Shown: piece after piece, positions 28,586 to 37,582 of the stretch
How the letters are laid out: each line of letters opens with the position of its first letter
Position numbering within the stretch: position 1 is the stretch's first letter
Source: a virus
Reading direction: 5' to 3' (one strand)
DNA: 64,000 nucleotides
IMG/VR virus record: IMGVR_UViG_3300036884_000495
Coordinates: 32,001-96,000 of that record
Notes under the pieces: generated by a model
Seen by the model: the letters and a program-made list of their open reading frames with translations, nothing else
Database searches by the model: none
What the model was told of the DNA's origin: nothing
Translations under genes and position numbers: made by a program

Positions 28586-29753
28586 CCCATTCCTCCTCGA
28601 GTACATGCGTCGTGAGATGTGCAAGGAAGCAATTCCGTTCGCCGTCCCCCCTTCCTTGCGGTCGGCGGCTCAAAACGCCGGCCGATACCTTGCCCCCGCA
28701 GCCCAGAGCGCCGGCAAGTACCTTACGCAATCCGCAGGGAACATCGGCGCGGGTATGGGCGTGGGCGCAGTTGCTGGCGGCCTTGCCGGTGGTATCCACG
28801 GGGCAGTCAAAGGCTATCGAGGCAACCCAGAGGAAGAAGGTAGCGGTGGCGTTATCGGCGCCCTTGGCGGTGGTCTGTCTGGTCTGGGTCGCGGCACCCT
28901 GGCGGGAACAGCCATCGGAGGTGCGGCGGGCTTGGCATCCGGCGGCCGCGGGTCGCAACAGGTGCAGCAGCTTACGAGAGGCGCGTACAACCCCCTTGGC
29001 ATCGCCGCGCGCATGGGACAGCGCCAACTGCACTCCGTGACCGGGCTCGTTCCAGGAGGGGCGCAGCGGGGCTCTCAGGAGTACATCAAGGCGCTCACGC
29101 AGATCAATGCGGGCGGGCTTCAAACAAAAGCGCAGGCGCTTGCCACAGCCTCGAATCCGCAGCGGTCCTTTGTGGGTAAGCTTCTTGGGCGTGCGGCGCC
29201 TGTTGCAGACCCCGCGCACGTCATGCAGGCACACCAAGCATACGATGCCGCTGTACAGGCCGCGCACGCAGGGCAGACAAGCGTCGTGGGCCTGGGACAC
29301 AATCTCGCGGAGAAGGGCCTACGGCGTGGCGGCGCTGACATTCTGCACGCGGCTGGTAGCAACCTAAAGCAGCAGGGTGTCGTCGGCGGGGGCCTTATGC
29401 TCGCGGGCGCCGCCGCTCCTATAGCAATGGCGGCAGCCTCTCAAGATGACCCGAACAACCCCACGAAGGGGAGGAACGTAGGGCAGGCAGCAGGCCAAGG
29501 AATCGCGGGTGCGCTCACGCCCATGATCGGTTCTACGGGCGCACAGCTTATAGGGCGTGGCGGTAGTGCAGTAGGCGGTACAATCGGGTCGGGCATCGAC
29601 AAAATAGTAGGTGCAGTTCGCCGCCCTTCTGGTAGTGGTTTTGGTGCAGGTTCAACCACTCCGGGCGCGCAACCCGACTTGGCCTCGCCGCCCGTACAGC
29701 GTGAGTACACCAACGCCGCTCTCGGCAAACCACCTGAAGGTCTCCAGCTATGA
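28578..29753 (+). CDS. Gly/Ala-rich glycine-zipper protein, candidate internal head/ejection protein
   Basis: Multiple GxxxG hydrophobic stretches and an N-terminal FLLEYMRREMCKEA. ATGA-coupled to the portal. Confidence 0.6.
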   Translation: MIDPFLLEYMRREMCKEAIPFAVPPSLRSAAQNAGRYLAPAAQSAGKYLTQSAGNIGAGMGVGAVAGGLAGGIHGAVKGYRGNPEEEGSGGVIGALGGGLSGLGRGTLAGTAIGGAAGLASGGRGSQQVQQLTRGAYNPLGIAARMGQRQLHSVTGLVPGGAQRGSQEYIKALTQINAGGLQTKAQALATASNPQRSFVGKLLGRAAPVADPAHVMQAHQAYDAAVQAAHAGQTSVVGLGHNLAEKGLRRGGADILHAAGSNLKQQGVVGGGLMLAGAAAPIAMAAASQDDPNNPTKGRNVGQAAGQGIAGALTPMIGSTGAQLIGRGGSAVGGTIGSGIDKIVGAVRRPSGSGFGAGSTTPGAQPDLASPPVQREYTNAALGKPPEGLQL

Positions 29754-32700
29754 GTTTTTCCTTTGGCAACTTCTCCCTAGGGTCTGCATCGGGCGCAGGG
29801 CGATTAGCCGGCGGAATGACCCGCGGACGCATGCAGGGTGGCAACACTCAAGGGGTCAACTACCCCTCGCCGTTCTTCGATGTAGCGCACACGTATCTGC
29901 CGACAACCGTCAAGCAGATGTTCAAGTTCTGTCGCTACTACTTCATGACGAACCCGTTGATCAACGCGATCGTCTGCAAGCTCTCAGAGTACCCAGTCAC
30001 GGACATCGTGATCGACCACGAAGACCCCGAGGTTGTTCGCCGGTGGACGGAGTACTTCAACGAAACCATTCGCTTTCGGTCCTTTCAGATTGAGTGCGGG
30101 CTGGACTACCACGCGTACGGAACAAGTGCGGTGAGTCTGAGCTTCCCCTTTCAGAAGTACCTCACATGCACCGCGTGTGGCTTCAGCGAACAAGCGCGCA
30201 AGATTCGTGAAAACTGGATATATTCTAGCCACGAATTTCGTCTGACCTGCCCCAAGTGCGGACAGACGGGCGCGGCCACTCCGAAGGACTGGTACTACCG
30301 CGATGCCAGCGCCATCAAACCCGTACGTTGGAACGCGGAGGATATCGAAGTTAGCTACAACGACATCACGGGTGACTGCACGTACTTCTACACGATGCCG
30401 GCCCCCGTCCGTGCAGACGTCACGCTTGGGAAGAAGGACATCGTAGAAACGATGCCCCAGATCTTCTTGCAGGCCATGCGCCAGGAGAAGGGCGTTGTCT
30501 TCAGCAAGGCGAACCTGTTCACGATGAAGCGCCCTGGACTTGCCACGCAAGACCGCGGGTGGGGCACACCACTGATTCTGCCAGTGCTGAAGGACACCTT
30601 CTATCTGCAGATCATGAAGAAGGCCCAAGAATGCGTGGCGCCAGGGACTTTGCTGGAAACGCCAGCAGGCTTGCAGCCCGCCGGTTCTTTGGGCGTGGGG
30701 GATATTGTCCGTAGCCACACGGGCGCTTGGCGCCATATCACACAGAAGAAGCTGCGACCTATGCTGGCCGAGAACGGGGATTATGCAGTCAAGTTTTCCA
30801 TCAGCGGGTTGCGGCAGCTGCCAAGTACGGTCTCAAATACGCACCCGATATACGTACTGCGCAGGAACCAAAAGAATCGCCGTATAGATACGAAGGAGCA
30901 CCGGCGCTCAAGCTATATGCTGCGAAATCCCAGCCTGTACGACCTGCATTTTGTGGACGCCGGAGAGATAGAAGTAGGGCAATATGTCGGGTACCCGATC
31001 GCGCGCAGCAAGGATTGTACGGAAGTAGATCTGGCTTCGTACGCGGGCGACTTCGCGGTTACGGAGAAGTACGTATACAGCGGTGTTAGTCTGGCTACTG
31101 CTACGGCTTTCGAAAGCCTAGAGGCAGGGGAGCGCGTACTTCACAACAATGCAGGGCGTGTAGCAAAGAGGGCTATTGCGGCGGTAGATGCCCCAAAGCG
31201 CGCAGAGCGGTGGCTGGAGTTGGATGAAGACCTGGCATACATCGCGGGCTGGTACGTGGGTGATGGGAGCATCGGTGCGCGCCGCGTGGACTTCTCTATG
31301 GGCCCTGATGACAACGGCGTCGAACTAGAGCAAGCGATTGATCGCGTGTTTGGTTGTGTGTGCACGCATACTCCGTCTGAAACTTCTCGCGGATGGAACT
31401 TGTGCGCATCCGAAACAATCTTTTCCCAGTTCTTTTCCAACTGGATTCCTGGGGGTTCGCATGAGAAGCGAATACCGAGAGAGGTACTAGAGGCACCGAA
31501 TGCCATCGTCCTTGCTTTTTTCCGTGGGTACCTAGAAGCAGACGGGTGGACGCGCGGTGATGGCAGCCGAATAGCTGCATGCCTTTGTAATGGCGGCCTC
31601 GCATATCAGCTGTGGCAGCTGTCGCTTAGTTTGCGCTGCATAGCCACCGTTTCGGAACGAGAGAGTACGGAGACAACCATCACGAACCGCAAAGGGAAGA
31701 AGATGGTGTTAAGTGCCGGGCGTCCCGTGTTCCAATTCGCGGTGAATACAGCGTCTGCCCGGCGCTTGTGCGGCCTAATGGAGGGGCGTGACGTTGACTC
31801 CATTGAAACAGGCAAGAGTGGCTTCTTTCTGGGGGACTACTTTCTAGGGAGAATCAATAGCGTTGAGTGCGTCCCCTGCTCTGAGGTCATTAGCTTCGAG
31901 GTGGAGGAGGAGCACACATTCTGTCTACCTGGCATGGCCACACACAACAGCATTTTACTCGAGCACATAGTCCCCCTGCGTATCTTGTTCCCACAAGCCG
32001 GGTCGGGGACCACAGACCCATTTACAACGATCAACCTCTTGGACTGGCGTGATCAGGTGGCGATGGAGATCGCACGCTGGCGCATGGATTGCGTCACACC
32101 GGATTCCTTGGTGGAGAGCGCGAAGGGTATCGTGCGTGCTGACGACGTGTGCGTAGGGGATCAACTACGCAACCATCTTGGGCAGCTATCCACTGTTGAA
32201 AAGGTTTGGCGGCGCCCTCTTCGTGAGGGTGAGCGTGCATACCAAGTCGTTGTTCGGGGATTGTACGGAGCTGTTTCTACGGTGTCTGAGGGCCACCCGT
32301 TTATGGCGCGGCGAAAGTACAACAACGGCAATGGCCATAAGCTAGGCGATACCACGGAGTTTATTCGCGCAAAGAACCTGCGCGTGGGCGACTACGTTGG
32401 GTATCCGATTCCGGAGTTCCCGGATCACGATAAGACGCACTTGGATCTGGCAGGGTTTGTGACGAACGCAGCGACCGAGAAGTGGGTTTACTACGACCAC
32501 CAGGAGACTGCCGTTCCAGATGCCTTTGAGTACTTAGAGAACTGCGGCTCTCCAGAGAAGAGGCAACCTCTATTGGAGGAAAAGGGTTGGTCTATCAATC
32601 AGTACAAAACCGCGCAGATGGCTATTCGAGGCGGGCGTACGCCTAGCCGCATCCCGCGCCACGTGCCCTTCGACGAGGAGTTGTGCTGGGTGCTCGGTCT

Positions 32701-35700
32701 GTACCTGGCCGAGGGCAACACAACGCCGAAGCAGGTATTGTTCGCGTTGCACGCGAAGGAGACTGCGTATATCGACCGTTTGAATGTCTTCTTCAAGAAG
32801 AACTTTGATGCCACAGGCTTTACAGCCGAAAAGAGTGCAGAGGGAATACAGCACGTGTACTCCAGCACGCTGGCCGCGCAGTTCTTTCATGCGCTATGTG
32901 CTGGTGTATCTACCACGAAGAGGGTTCATAACCTTTTGAAGTATGCGGGCGAAGACCGCGTAAGGGCGCTGCTTCGTGGGTACTTCGATGGGGATGGCTG
33001 TTACCACGAGAAGGGCGACACCATACATAGGGATGTAACTACAGCAAGTAGGCAACTAGCCGCCGATGTACGCGAGTTGCTCTTAGCGTACGGCATGATC
33101 TCCTCGCTAACGTACATAGCGCCAGCCTCCTACAATATTTGCGGTAGGCTAGGAATGGCACACGGCGCCTACAAGATACAGCTAGGCAGTGATGCTGCTC
33201 ACCACTTTGACGCGTGGTTAGCGCATACAGGTCTCCCCAGCACAGCGCGCTGCACTCTTGGCGTGTTTGCGGACCGATGCTTCTGGCACCGCATAGACGA
33301 GATCCGTGAGGTAGAAGCAGCCGAAGTGATTGGCTTCCAAATGGATCATGCCGCCGTTGTACGTCTGGATGATGATACCGAGGCACACGGTACCTTCTGC
33401 TTGTGGGGTAGCGCGTCCTGTAACACAAACTATATTCCGATTCTACCCCTACCCATTGGCAACCAAACCATTGGAGGCGATGGCAAGGCGCTTCTGATGT
33501 CCCAAGAGATGCAGATGCAGGGAGAACAGATCATCATGGGCATGGGGGTTCCGAGGGAATTTTTGCAGGGAGGGATGTGTCTCACAACGGATTCGCTCCT
33601 GTGTACCAGCAGTGGGCTTCTTCGCCTGGACGAGCTCGTTGGTGACATTCGCAAAGGGCAGGTAACCGCAGTACAGACGCATGCTGGCGTACATACCGCG
33701 AGTCAGGGGCACGACGTCGGCAAGAAGAAGGTTTGGCGTGTGACTACGCGAAGTGGCTTAGAGCTCACAGGGGCGGGCACGCATCCGTTGTATGTGCTCA
33801 ATGCCGATGTATCTGCCGACTTCACGCAAATCGAGCAGATAAGCGCGGGTGCACATGTTGGTGTAAAAGTAGGGGCAGAGTTGTGGCCGACAGAAGCCCC
33901 GCAACTTCAAGTCTCCCCTGAACGGATCGGGGGGCGATACGCCAACGTAACGCTGGATACTGTTACGGTTCCCAGTGTATTGACGGCGGAATTGGCCAGA
34001 CTGCTTGGGTACCTTGTTGCAGAAGGATCTTGCGTAGAAGATCACCGTATCTCCTTCTCCATCACGGACAAAGATACGGCGGAAGACTTTGCACACTGCC
34101 TGTTCTCCGTCTTCGGTATCCGTCCCGCGGTTGCTGCGGTTTCCTATGCACGCCCCGCCGACGGGAAGCAGATGGTCAAGTACGCCACAGAGGTCGGACG
34201 GCAAACCGTGGTGGAGTTGCTGCAGAAACTAGGTCTAAAGCATTACTCGCAGGATAAGGTAGTACCTACCGTGGTTCGGCACGCGCCGCGCGCGCTTGTT
34301 ATCGAGTTCTTGCGCGCATACTTTGATGGTGATGGCGGAGGGGGCACATACGACGGCAGGTCTGTCGTAACAGCTACTTCCACGTCTTGGCGCTTGCTGC
34401 AGGAAGTGCAACTTCTGCTACTGAATTTAGGTATCGTATCCACTAGATACCCCGCCTATGCGGGGAAGTCCGCGGCTACTCTGCACGTGCGCGCGGAGTT
34501 TGCACAAAGGTTTGCCACTGTTGTTGGTTTCGTTTCCGCACGAAAGCAGGCGCTTACGCTTGACTACAACGAAAGTGCGGTGGTATCCCCGGACAAATTG
34601 CCGGGGTTGCGAGAAGCGCTACTTCGTGCGCGAGAACGACACGTACACGGCTTTGGCAGTTGGAAGTTTGAACCCGTCGATTTGGTACTAGACAAGCACG
34701 AGTATACAACCGAAGAAATAGCTGCCCTTGTGGGCAGAGACTCTTCGACGGTCCGCATCTACATACGCACCGGCAAGATAGCCGCGGAATTGCGTACGGG
34801 CGCCTCCGGGCGCTTCTCCTATCACGTGGTTTCGCGGGCCGAGCTTCAGCGCTTCTTAGCAGAACATGGCTTAGGGAAGCGAAGATCATTTCGTGTGCAC
34901 CAATATGCGTACACATACGATCGCGTACAGAAGATGGACTTGGCAGCGGTACAGCAACTAGAGCCGGCACTACACCAGAACCTGCTAGACAGGGTACAGG
35001 AGCACTTCTTCTGGGATGAGGTAGTTACGGTAGAAGAGCTGGAGCTAGAAGAGTGTATGCAAGATATTGGTGTCGAGGACGTGCACTCGTACCAAGCTGG
35101 CGGCATCCTTTGTCACAATTCCTATGCGGGAACAAATGTCTCTATGCGTATGCTGGAGAACCAGTTCCTGTCATTCATCGGACGCCAGAAGCAGATGGCG
35201 AACTGGGTCATGAACATGGTGGCGCAGTTCATGGGGTGGCCGAAGGTGAACGTGCGCTTCAAGCCGTTCAAGATGGCCGACGATATGCAGCGCAAGTCGT
35301 ACTTGTTCCAGCTGAATCAAGGCAACAAGATCTCCGATACGACGCTCCTTGCCGATGCCGACTTGGACATCGAGGAGGAGAACGACATCATGTTGCAGGA
35401 GGCGTCTCGTCGCCTGGCGGCTGTCAAGAAACAGCAGCTCGCGATGGCGGAAATCCAAGGCGAGAGCCAAGTCATCATGATGAAGATGCAGGCGCAGGCG
35501 CAACAAGCAATGCAGGCCGCGCAGACGCAGCCTTCTGCGCCTGGCGAGCCGGGTGTGCCGCAGAACGGCCCCATGAGCCCTGATCAGGTGGGGCAACTCG
35601 CGCAGCAGTCCAGACAGGCGCAGGAGACACCGATGCCTATGCCCCCGGTGCTACCCACGCCGCCCACAGATACCGAGGGTGCCGGTTCCTCTGTGCCCGC

Positions 35701-36034
35701 GCAGGCGCAAAGCCCGTTGAACAGGGGTCAGGACCTTGGTACCGCCCCCGGTGGCGAGCAGATGCCCGTAGACATCATCCAGCTCGCAGACGCGTACGCC
35801 AAACAGATCGCACAACTCGACCCCGACATGCAGGAGTCTGCGCTCAATGCGCTCGCAGCACAGAGCCAAGACCTGGCAGACCTTGTCCAGGAGTTCATGG
35901 CCAAACAGCAAGGGCAGGCTGAAGTAGCCGCCCCCATGTTCGGAGGCGCCACTGGCGGGCCGGCAACGGGCGGTATTGACCAGCGCCCACTACCAGAGAA
36001 GCTACCCCCAAGAAGGGCACAGGCACTTGTATGA
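29750..36034 (+). CDS. Portal protein precursor with three inteins (about 696 aa after splicing)
   Basis: Exteins join to ...RYYFMTNPLINAIV..RGWGTPLILPVLK..KKAQE|SILLEHIVP..RMD|TNYIP..GVPREFLQGGM|SYAGTNVSMRMLENQF..VNVRFKPFKMADD..KISDTTLL, a portal-like architecture with a Q/P-rich tail. Confidence 0.75.
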   Translation: MSFSFGNFSLGSASGAGRLAGGMTRGRMQGGNTQGVNYPSPFFDVAHTYLPTTVKQMFKFCRYYFMTNPLINAIVCKLSEYPVTDIVIDHEDPEVVRRWTEYFNETIRFRSFQIECGLDYHAYGTSAVSLSFPFQKYLTCTACGFSEQARKIRENWIYSSHEFRLTCPKCGQTGAATPKDWYYRDASAIKPVRWNAEDIEVSYNDITGDCTYFYTMPAPVRADVTLGKKDIVETMPQIFLQAMRQEKGVVFSKANLFTMKRPGLATQDRGWGTPLILPVLKDTFYLQIMKKAQECVAPGTLLETPAGLQPAGSLGVGDIVRSHTGAWRHITQKKLRPMLAENGDYAVKFSISGLRQLPSTVSNTHPIYVLRRNQKNRRIDTKEHRRSSYMLRNPSLYDLHFVDAGEIEVGQYVGYPIARSKDCTEVDLASYAGDFAVTEKYVYSGVSLATATAFESLEAGERVLHNNAGRVAKRAIAAVDAPKRAERWLELDEDLAYIAGWYVGDGSIGARRVDFSMGPDDNGVELEQAIDRVFGCVCTHTPSETSRGWNLCASETIFSQFFSNWIPGGSHEKRIPREVLEAPNAIVLAFFRGYLEADGWTRGDGSRIAACLCNGGLAYQLWQLSLSLRCIATVSERESTETTITNRKGKKMVLSAGRPVFQFAVNTASARRLCGLMEGRDVDSIETGKSGFFLGDYFLGRINSVECVPCSEVISFEVEEEHTFCLPGMATHNSILLEHIVPLRILFPQAGSGTTDPFTTINLLDWRDQVAMEIARWRMDCVTPDSLVESAKGIVRADDVCVGDQLRNHLGQLSTVEKVWRRPLREGERAYQVVVRGLYGAVSTVSEGHPFMARRKYNNGNGHKLGDTTEFIRAKNLRVGDYVGYPIPEFPDHDKTHLDLAGFVTNAATEKWVYYDHQETAVPDAFEYLENCGSPEKRQPLLEEKGWSINQYKTAQMAIRGGRTPSRIPRHVPFDEELCWVLGLYLAEGNTTPKQVLFALHAKETAYIDRLNVFFKKNFDATGFTAEKSAEGIQHVYSSTLAAQFFHALCAGVSTTKRVHNLLKYAGEDRVRALLRGYFDGDGCYHEKGDTIHRDVTTASRQLAADVRELLLAYGMISSLTYIAPASYNICGRLGMAHGAYKIQLGSDAAHHFDAWLAHTGLPSTARCTLGVFADRCFWHRIDEIREVEAAEVIGFQMDHAAVVRLDDDTEAHGTFCLWGSASCNTNYIPILPLPIGNQTIGGDGKALLMSQEMQMQGEQIIMGMGVPREFLQGGMCLTTDSLLCTSSGLLRLDELVGDIRKGQVTAVQTHAGVHTASQGHDVGKKKVWRVTTRSGLELTGAGTHPLYVLNADVSADFTQIEQISAGAHVGVKVGAELWPTEAPQLQVSPERIGGRYANVTLDTVTVPSVLTAELARLLGYLVAEGSCVEDHRISFSITDKDTAEDFAHCLFSVFGIRPAVAAVSYARPADGKQMVKYATEVGRQTVVELLQKLGLKHYSQDKVVPTVVRHAPRALVIEFLRAYFDGDGGGGTYDGRSVVTATSTSWRLLQEVQLLLLNLGIVSTRYPAYAGKSAATLHVRAEFAQRFATVVGFVSARKQALTLDYNESAVVSPDKLPGLREALLRARERHVHGFGSWKFEPVDLVLDKHEYTTEEIAALVGRDSSTVRIYIRTGKIAAELRTGASGRFSYHVVSRAELQRFLAEHGLGKRRSFRVHQYAYTYDRVQKMDLAAVQQLEPALHQNLLDRVQEHFFWDEVVTVEELELEECMQDIGVEDVHSYQAGGILCHNSYAGTNVSMRMLENQFLSFIGRQKQMANWVMNMVAQFMGWPKVNVRFKPFKMADDMQRKSYLFQLNQGNKISDTTLLADADLDIEEENDIMLQEASRRLAAVKKQQLAMAEIQGESQVIMMKMQAQAQQAMQAAQTQPSAPGEPGVPQNGPMSPDQVGQLAQQSRQAQETPMPMPPVLPTPPTDTEGAGSSVPAQAQSPLNRGQDLGTAPGGEQMPVDIIQLADAYAKQIAQLDPDMQESALNALAAQSQDLADLVQEFMAKQQGQAEVAAPMFGGATGGPATGGIDQRPLPEKLPPRRAQALV
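30632..31948 (+). mobile_element. Intein 1 in portal (439 aa, LAGLIDADG homing endonuclease)
   Basis: Starts CVAPGTLL, ends MATHN followed by Ser. LAYIAGWYVGDG and FFRGYLEADG motifs. Confidence 0.93.
32090..33424 (+). mobile_element. Intein 2 in portal (445 aa, LAGLIDADG)
   Basis: Starts CVTPDSLV, block B SEGHPF, VLGLYLAEG and LLRGYFDGDG, ends SASCN followed by Thr. Confidence 0.9.
33578..35119 (+). mobile_element. Intein 3 in portal (514 aa, LAGLIDADG plus extra HTH)
   Basis: Starts CLTTDSLL, LLGYLVAEG and FLRAYFDGDG, ends GILCHN followed by Ser. Confidence 0.93.
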
Positions 36035-36074
36035 ACTCGCTCAAGAAGGGCACAGGCACTTGTATGAACTCGCT
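36009..36074 (+). repeat. Perfect 33-bp tandem duplication across the portal stop / helicase start
   Basis: CAAGAAGGGCACAGGCACTTGTATGAACTCGCT occurs at 36009-36041 and 36042-36074. Confidence 0.95.
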
Positions 36075-37548
36075 GATGTCGGCCGCCTTTGTAGATGAAT
36101 TGGTGAAGATCAGCGGCGTCACAACAGAGTTGCAGCCGCATCAGCAACGCGTGGTTGACCGAATACTTCGCCCGGACCAACCTGGCCTGTTAGTGGCGCA
36201 CGGTCTTGGCTCAGGTAAGACCCTCACATCGATAGCGGCCCAGGACGCGTTGGGAATGGGCGCGAACGTAGTTCTTCCGGCAGCCCTCCAAGCGAACTAC
36301 GAGAAGGAGCGCACGAAGCATCTGGCGTCAGGAACTGCGCAGCCTATCGACATCTCCTCGTTGCAAGCGCTTGCGCGGAAGGGAGGACTTCCCACCGACC
36401 ATCCGATGACTATTGTAGACGAAGCGCACAGGGCGCGCGAGGTTGGGAGCAGCACGTTCCAGAACCTACGCGACTCTCTATCGGATACGCAAAAGCGGAT
36501 GCTCCTAACGGCGAGTCCCTTCTATAACCGCCCCAGTGACATCGCGCCCCTCATCAACATGGCCGCAGGGGAGAACGTTCTTCCCAACGATCCTAGCGAG
36601 TTCAAGCGCCGGTACATCGCCGAGAAGGCAGTGCAGCCAACTATGTGGGGCTCGCTGGTTCACGGCGCGAAGCCGGGCGTCGAAGAGATCGTGAACCCGA
36701 AGCGGGAAGGGGAGCTGCGAAGCACTTTCGGCAAGTGGGTGGATTACCACCCGGGCAGCACGCAAGGGTTTCCGACGGTGGAGCGCTCGGATGTCAACGT
36801 CCCCATGACCCCCGAGCAGTTGACGGTATACGACGCGATGATGGGAAAGGCGCCGGCGTGGGCCCAGTACAAGGTGAAGCAAGGCCTACCCCCAAGTAAG
36901 CAGGAGTCAAAGGATCTCAATGCGTTTATCAATGCGGTTCGGCAGGTCTCGAATACTACGCGCGGTTTTGCACCGGATCAGGCGCCACAGGAACCAAAGA
37001 TTGAGAAAGCATTCCAGAACCTTCAGAGCACGCTGAAGGACAACCCAGAAGCCCGCGCGGTGGTGTACTCGAACTACCTAGAGGGCGGCCTAGACCCGTA
37101 CAAGGAGCGCTTGCAAGCCGCGGGCGTCCCCTACGGCATGTTCACAGGGTCGCAGCCCAAAGCCGAACGAGACGCGATGGTGAACGACTACAACGCGGGT
37201 AAGCTGCGTGCGCTCCTCCTTTCCTCGGCAGGTGGCGAGGGATTAGACCTGAAGGGAACGCGCCTAATCCAGGTACTCGACCCGCACTGGAACAACGAGA
37301 AGCTGCGCCAGGTAGAGGGGCGCGGAATTCGCTACGGCAGCCACGCGGACCTCCCCGAGGACCAACGCAACGTACGCGTAGAGAACTACTTGGCGACGCG
37401 CCCAGAGCGCACTGGGCTGAGTAGGATGCTTCTAGGCAAGGACACCGGTGGCAGCGCCGACCAGTACCTACGTACGATGAGCGGAAAGAAGGACGCCTTG
37501 ATTGACAAGATGAAGGCGCTTCTTCCAAATCAGCCTCCGGCAAAGTGA
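36031..37548 (+). CDS. SNF2-family helicase/ATPase in the virion operon
   Basis: LQPHQ, HGLGSGKT, IVDEAH, LLTASP, SSAGGEGLDL, DPHWN and QVEGRGIR. Alternative start at 36064. Confidence 0.9.
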   Translation: MNSLKKGTGTCMNSLMSAAFVDELVKISGVTTELQPHQQRVVDRILRPDQPGLLVAHGLGSGKTLTSIAAQDALGMGANVVLPAALQANYEKERTKHLASGTAQPIDISSLQALARKGGLPTDHPMTIVDEAHRAREVGSSTFQNLRDSLSDTQKRMLLTASPFYNRPSDIAPLINMAAGENVLPNDPSEFKRRYIAEKAVQPTMWGSLVHGAKPGVEEIVNPKREGELRSTFGKWVDYHPGSTQGFPTVERSDVNVPMTPEQLTVYDAMMGKAPAWAQYKVKQGLPPSKQESKDLNAFINAVRQVSNTTRGFAPDQAPQEPKIEKAFQNLQSTLKDNPEARAVVYSNYLEGGLDPYKERLQAAGVPYGMFTGSQPKAERDAMVNDYNAGKLRALLLSSAGGEGLDLKGTRLIQVLDPHWNNEKLRQVEGRGIRYGSHADLPEDQRNVRVENYLATRPERTGLSRMLLGKDTGGSADQYLRTMSGKKDALIDKMKALLPNQPPAK

Positions 37549-37553
37549 TGGCT

Positions 37554-37580
37554 AAAAAAGAAGGGGGCAGCCCCTTCTTT
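37554..37580. terminator. Intrinsic terminator at a convergent junction (probably bidirectional)
   Basis: AAAGAAGGGG-GCAG-CCCCTTCTTT, with a longer U-tract on the minus strand. Confidence 0.85.
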
Positions 37581-37582
37581 CG

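Noticed and set aside
36009-36074. 33-bp repeat as a mini CRISPR array (a Cas4-like gene is present at 11865-12728)
   Set aside because: The two copies are directly adjacent with no spacer. Solo Cas4-like nucleases are common in phage recombination clusters, and no other cas genes were seen.
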